A stretch of 64,000 bases of DNA from Eledone cirrhosa. Its lineage: Eukaryota. How positions within the stretch are numbered: the first letter of the stretch is position 1; every line of letters begins with the position of its first letter. Shown here piece after piece: positions 61,786-64,000 of the stretch. The translations under genes were made by a program, and so were the position numbers. Location of the stretch: positions 58,156,001-58,220,000 of the forward strand of contig OZ024743.1 of NCBI GenBank assembly GCA_964016885.1, given 5' to 3'. The notes under the pieces were generated by a model. That model was not told the DNA's origin. It ran no database searches and saw only the letters and a list, made by a program, of their open reading frames with translations.

Positions 61786-64000
61786 GGTAAATAGAAATTT
61801 TGGGGTGGAAATAGAAATAGAAACAACACAACTAACAATAACAATAGCACTAGTACACATAAAGCAGCAGCCTGGAACTCTACGTTTTATAATCCCTCCG
61901 ATAAATCGTTCGACCTGCGACGAGTCCACGCCACGACTTTACCATTTAACAAACGCACGCAATTGCCGTCGCAGGTCGATGAACAAATAGAAGCACAATT
62001 TAGTATAGCTAGATCCGAACTTAGAAATATTATAGAACAATATAGCAAGAAGCATAATAGAATGGAGGCCCAGCAACTGGTAGAAAAATCTGCAAATGGC
62101 TTGCGTAAGCTCATGCAGCGCTCACGTAATGGAGAGATAGCATGCTTTCCAACAGACAAGTCTGGCAGAATGTCGGTTGACAGCCTACCAAACTACATCC
62201 AGGCAATGCAACCCCACATCACTAACACAAGATAGGTAACACCACAGGAGTATGAGGATAGAGAAAAAGCCCTTAATGCCCATATGGTGATGTGGACGAA
62301 TATAATGCAGCCTAACAAAAGTACTGCCAACAACTTCCAGGCCTGGAACAATGACGTGCCGGTGTTGTATGGGCTTCGAAAAGACCATAAAACGAGCAGT
62401 GACCCTGTCGCGGGACAGCCAACATGGCCAGTCTGTGGAGCTAACATTGCTAGTAACTACAGACTGTCCTACTTCCTCTCCCTGATCATACGCCCCATCA
62501 TTGAAATGTCCCCAGATGTATGTGACAGCACGGAGGACCTCCTCAGCAGAATCGGCGTGAGTAACCGATCTAGGGACCTAACAAACTGCATAATAGGCAG
62601 TATGGATGTTGTGTCCCTGTATCCATCTATTGACGTGGATTTTGCTGTGGAGAAATGCGTAGAAATGATCAGTGAGAGCAATGTTGAGTTCCGTGGGATT
62701 GATACCAGTGAGCTGGGACGCCTACTTAAACTTACCTATAGTAATAATTACCTAGACACATATGACCTTAGCAACCTGTGCCCTACAAGACCAGCAAGAG
62801 GCAGACCACCTACCATTACCTCAATGGCCAAGAAAACCTACACAGATAGATGGAACGGGTGGACCAGAGCCATACGGACACGCGAAAACCACGATGAACT
62901 GAAGAAAATGATTGCACATGCGGTAGGGGCCAGCATAAAACTAACCCTTAAGGAACATATGTTCAAATTTAATGGAAAAACATATGCCCAAGAGCAAGGA
63001 GCAGCCATTGGTGTTAGCATTGCAGGCGACATAGCTAACTTATTCATGGTATGGTGGGACAGTAGACTTAAACTTAAACTTACAGAACAATTAGAAGACC
63101 CTTTAACCCTGATAATGTACTCCCGCTACGTTGATGATATAAACATCGTAGTTAAGACACCCCCACTAGAGAACAGTCAGGAACTAGAGAAAAACACAAT
63201 GGAAAGCATCCAGCAAATAGCAAACTCCATCCACCAGAGCATTAGAGTTACTATAGACTACCCAAGTATACACCCCAACCATCGATTACCTGTACTAGAC
63301 ACAGAGCTCTGGTTAGATACCATTAACAACAAAAAACAAATCCTCCATTCCCATTATGCCAAACCCATGACTTCCAAACATCTGATCCACCGAAACTCGG
63401 CCGTTTCGGACCATACCAAAATCAACATACTGATTGCGGATTTGGTACGGGTGATGAGAAACGTGTCCCGCATGTGCAACCCCGAAGAACTAGAGAGACA
63501 CATACAACACTTCATTCACCGTATGCAGTTCTCTGGCTACAATCAGAGAGATAAAATCAGAGTGTATAGAGGAGCCAGAACCAAATGGGAAAAAATGGTA
63601 AATAATGACATAAATGGGACCTGCCCCTTGTATAGAAGCAAATTTTGGAATAGAATAGAAAGAACTAGGAACAAGGCTAATAGAATAAACTCATGGTATG
63701 ATAGCAATAAATACCAGAGTGTAATGTTCATCGATACAACCCCTAGAGGTGAATTAGCTTACACATTTAGAAGGGCCCTAAATAAACATAAACTCAATAT
63801 TAAGATAGTAGAAAGACCAGGTACCTCCGTAAAAACACTTATTAGCAAGACATACCCTTTTCAAAGACCCTCATGTATAGATAAGAAATGTATAACCTGT
63901 AAAATAAGCCCCCATATTAACTGTAAAACTAGAAATGTACTGTATAGCATAAGATGTACTGAAGGACAATGTAGAGACAAAAATATAGTGTACATAGGTT
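61786..64000 (+). pseudogene. Penelope-like (Nematis-type) RT plus start of GIY-YIG endonuclease, 5'-truncated, running off the right edge
   Basis: Manual translation gives PTDKSG, LYGLRKDHK, PVCG, GSMDVVSLYPSI, YAQEQGAAIG, RYVDDINI, DYPS..LPVLD and YIG. In-frame TAG stops at 61792-61794 and 62233-62235, then open to the edge. Confidence 0.9.

Noticed and set aside
62233-62235. In-frame stop in the PLE ORF as possible selenocysteine recoding (known for Naiad PLEs)
   Set aside because: The stop is TAG rather than TGA, and the element has a C-terminal endonuclease, so it is most likely a nonsense mutation.
53578-64000. Next decarboxylase exon with the PLP lysine (NPHKW-like)
   Set aside because: Not found by eye in the window. 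It presumably lies downstream, so its absence is not evidence of pseudogenisation.

Overview
AT-rich, microsatellite-saturated metazoan DNA; the repeat content points to an octopus/cephalopod genome (inference). One host gene is supported: the first seven coding exons (+, 27483-53577) of an aromatic L-amino acid (DOPA) decarboxylase-family gene, continuing past the window end. The rest is mostly retroelement-derived: head-to-tail R4/Dong pieces in (TAA)n, CR1-group and RTE fragments, an intact Tx1/L1-clade ORF2 in (GATA)n, Penelope-like elements (PLE; Hydra-type GIY-YIG remnants and a Nematis-type RT-EN with an inverted 3' copy), many tRNA-derived SINEs (some tandem), MITEs and a Helitron. The most notable signal is non-coding. 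More than a dozen type I hammerhead ribozyme motifs sit in short fold-back elements, mostly inserted in (TA)n. Unrelated families of these elements share a covarying UU-bulged hairpin near their 3' ends. At 4803-5126 a 324-nt retrozyme-like unit is inserted exactly at the cleavage site of another hammerhead. All calls were made by eye; no database search was run.
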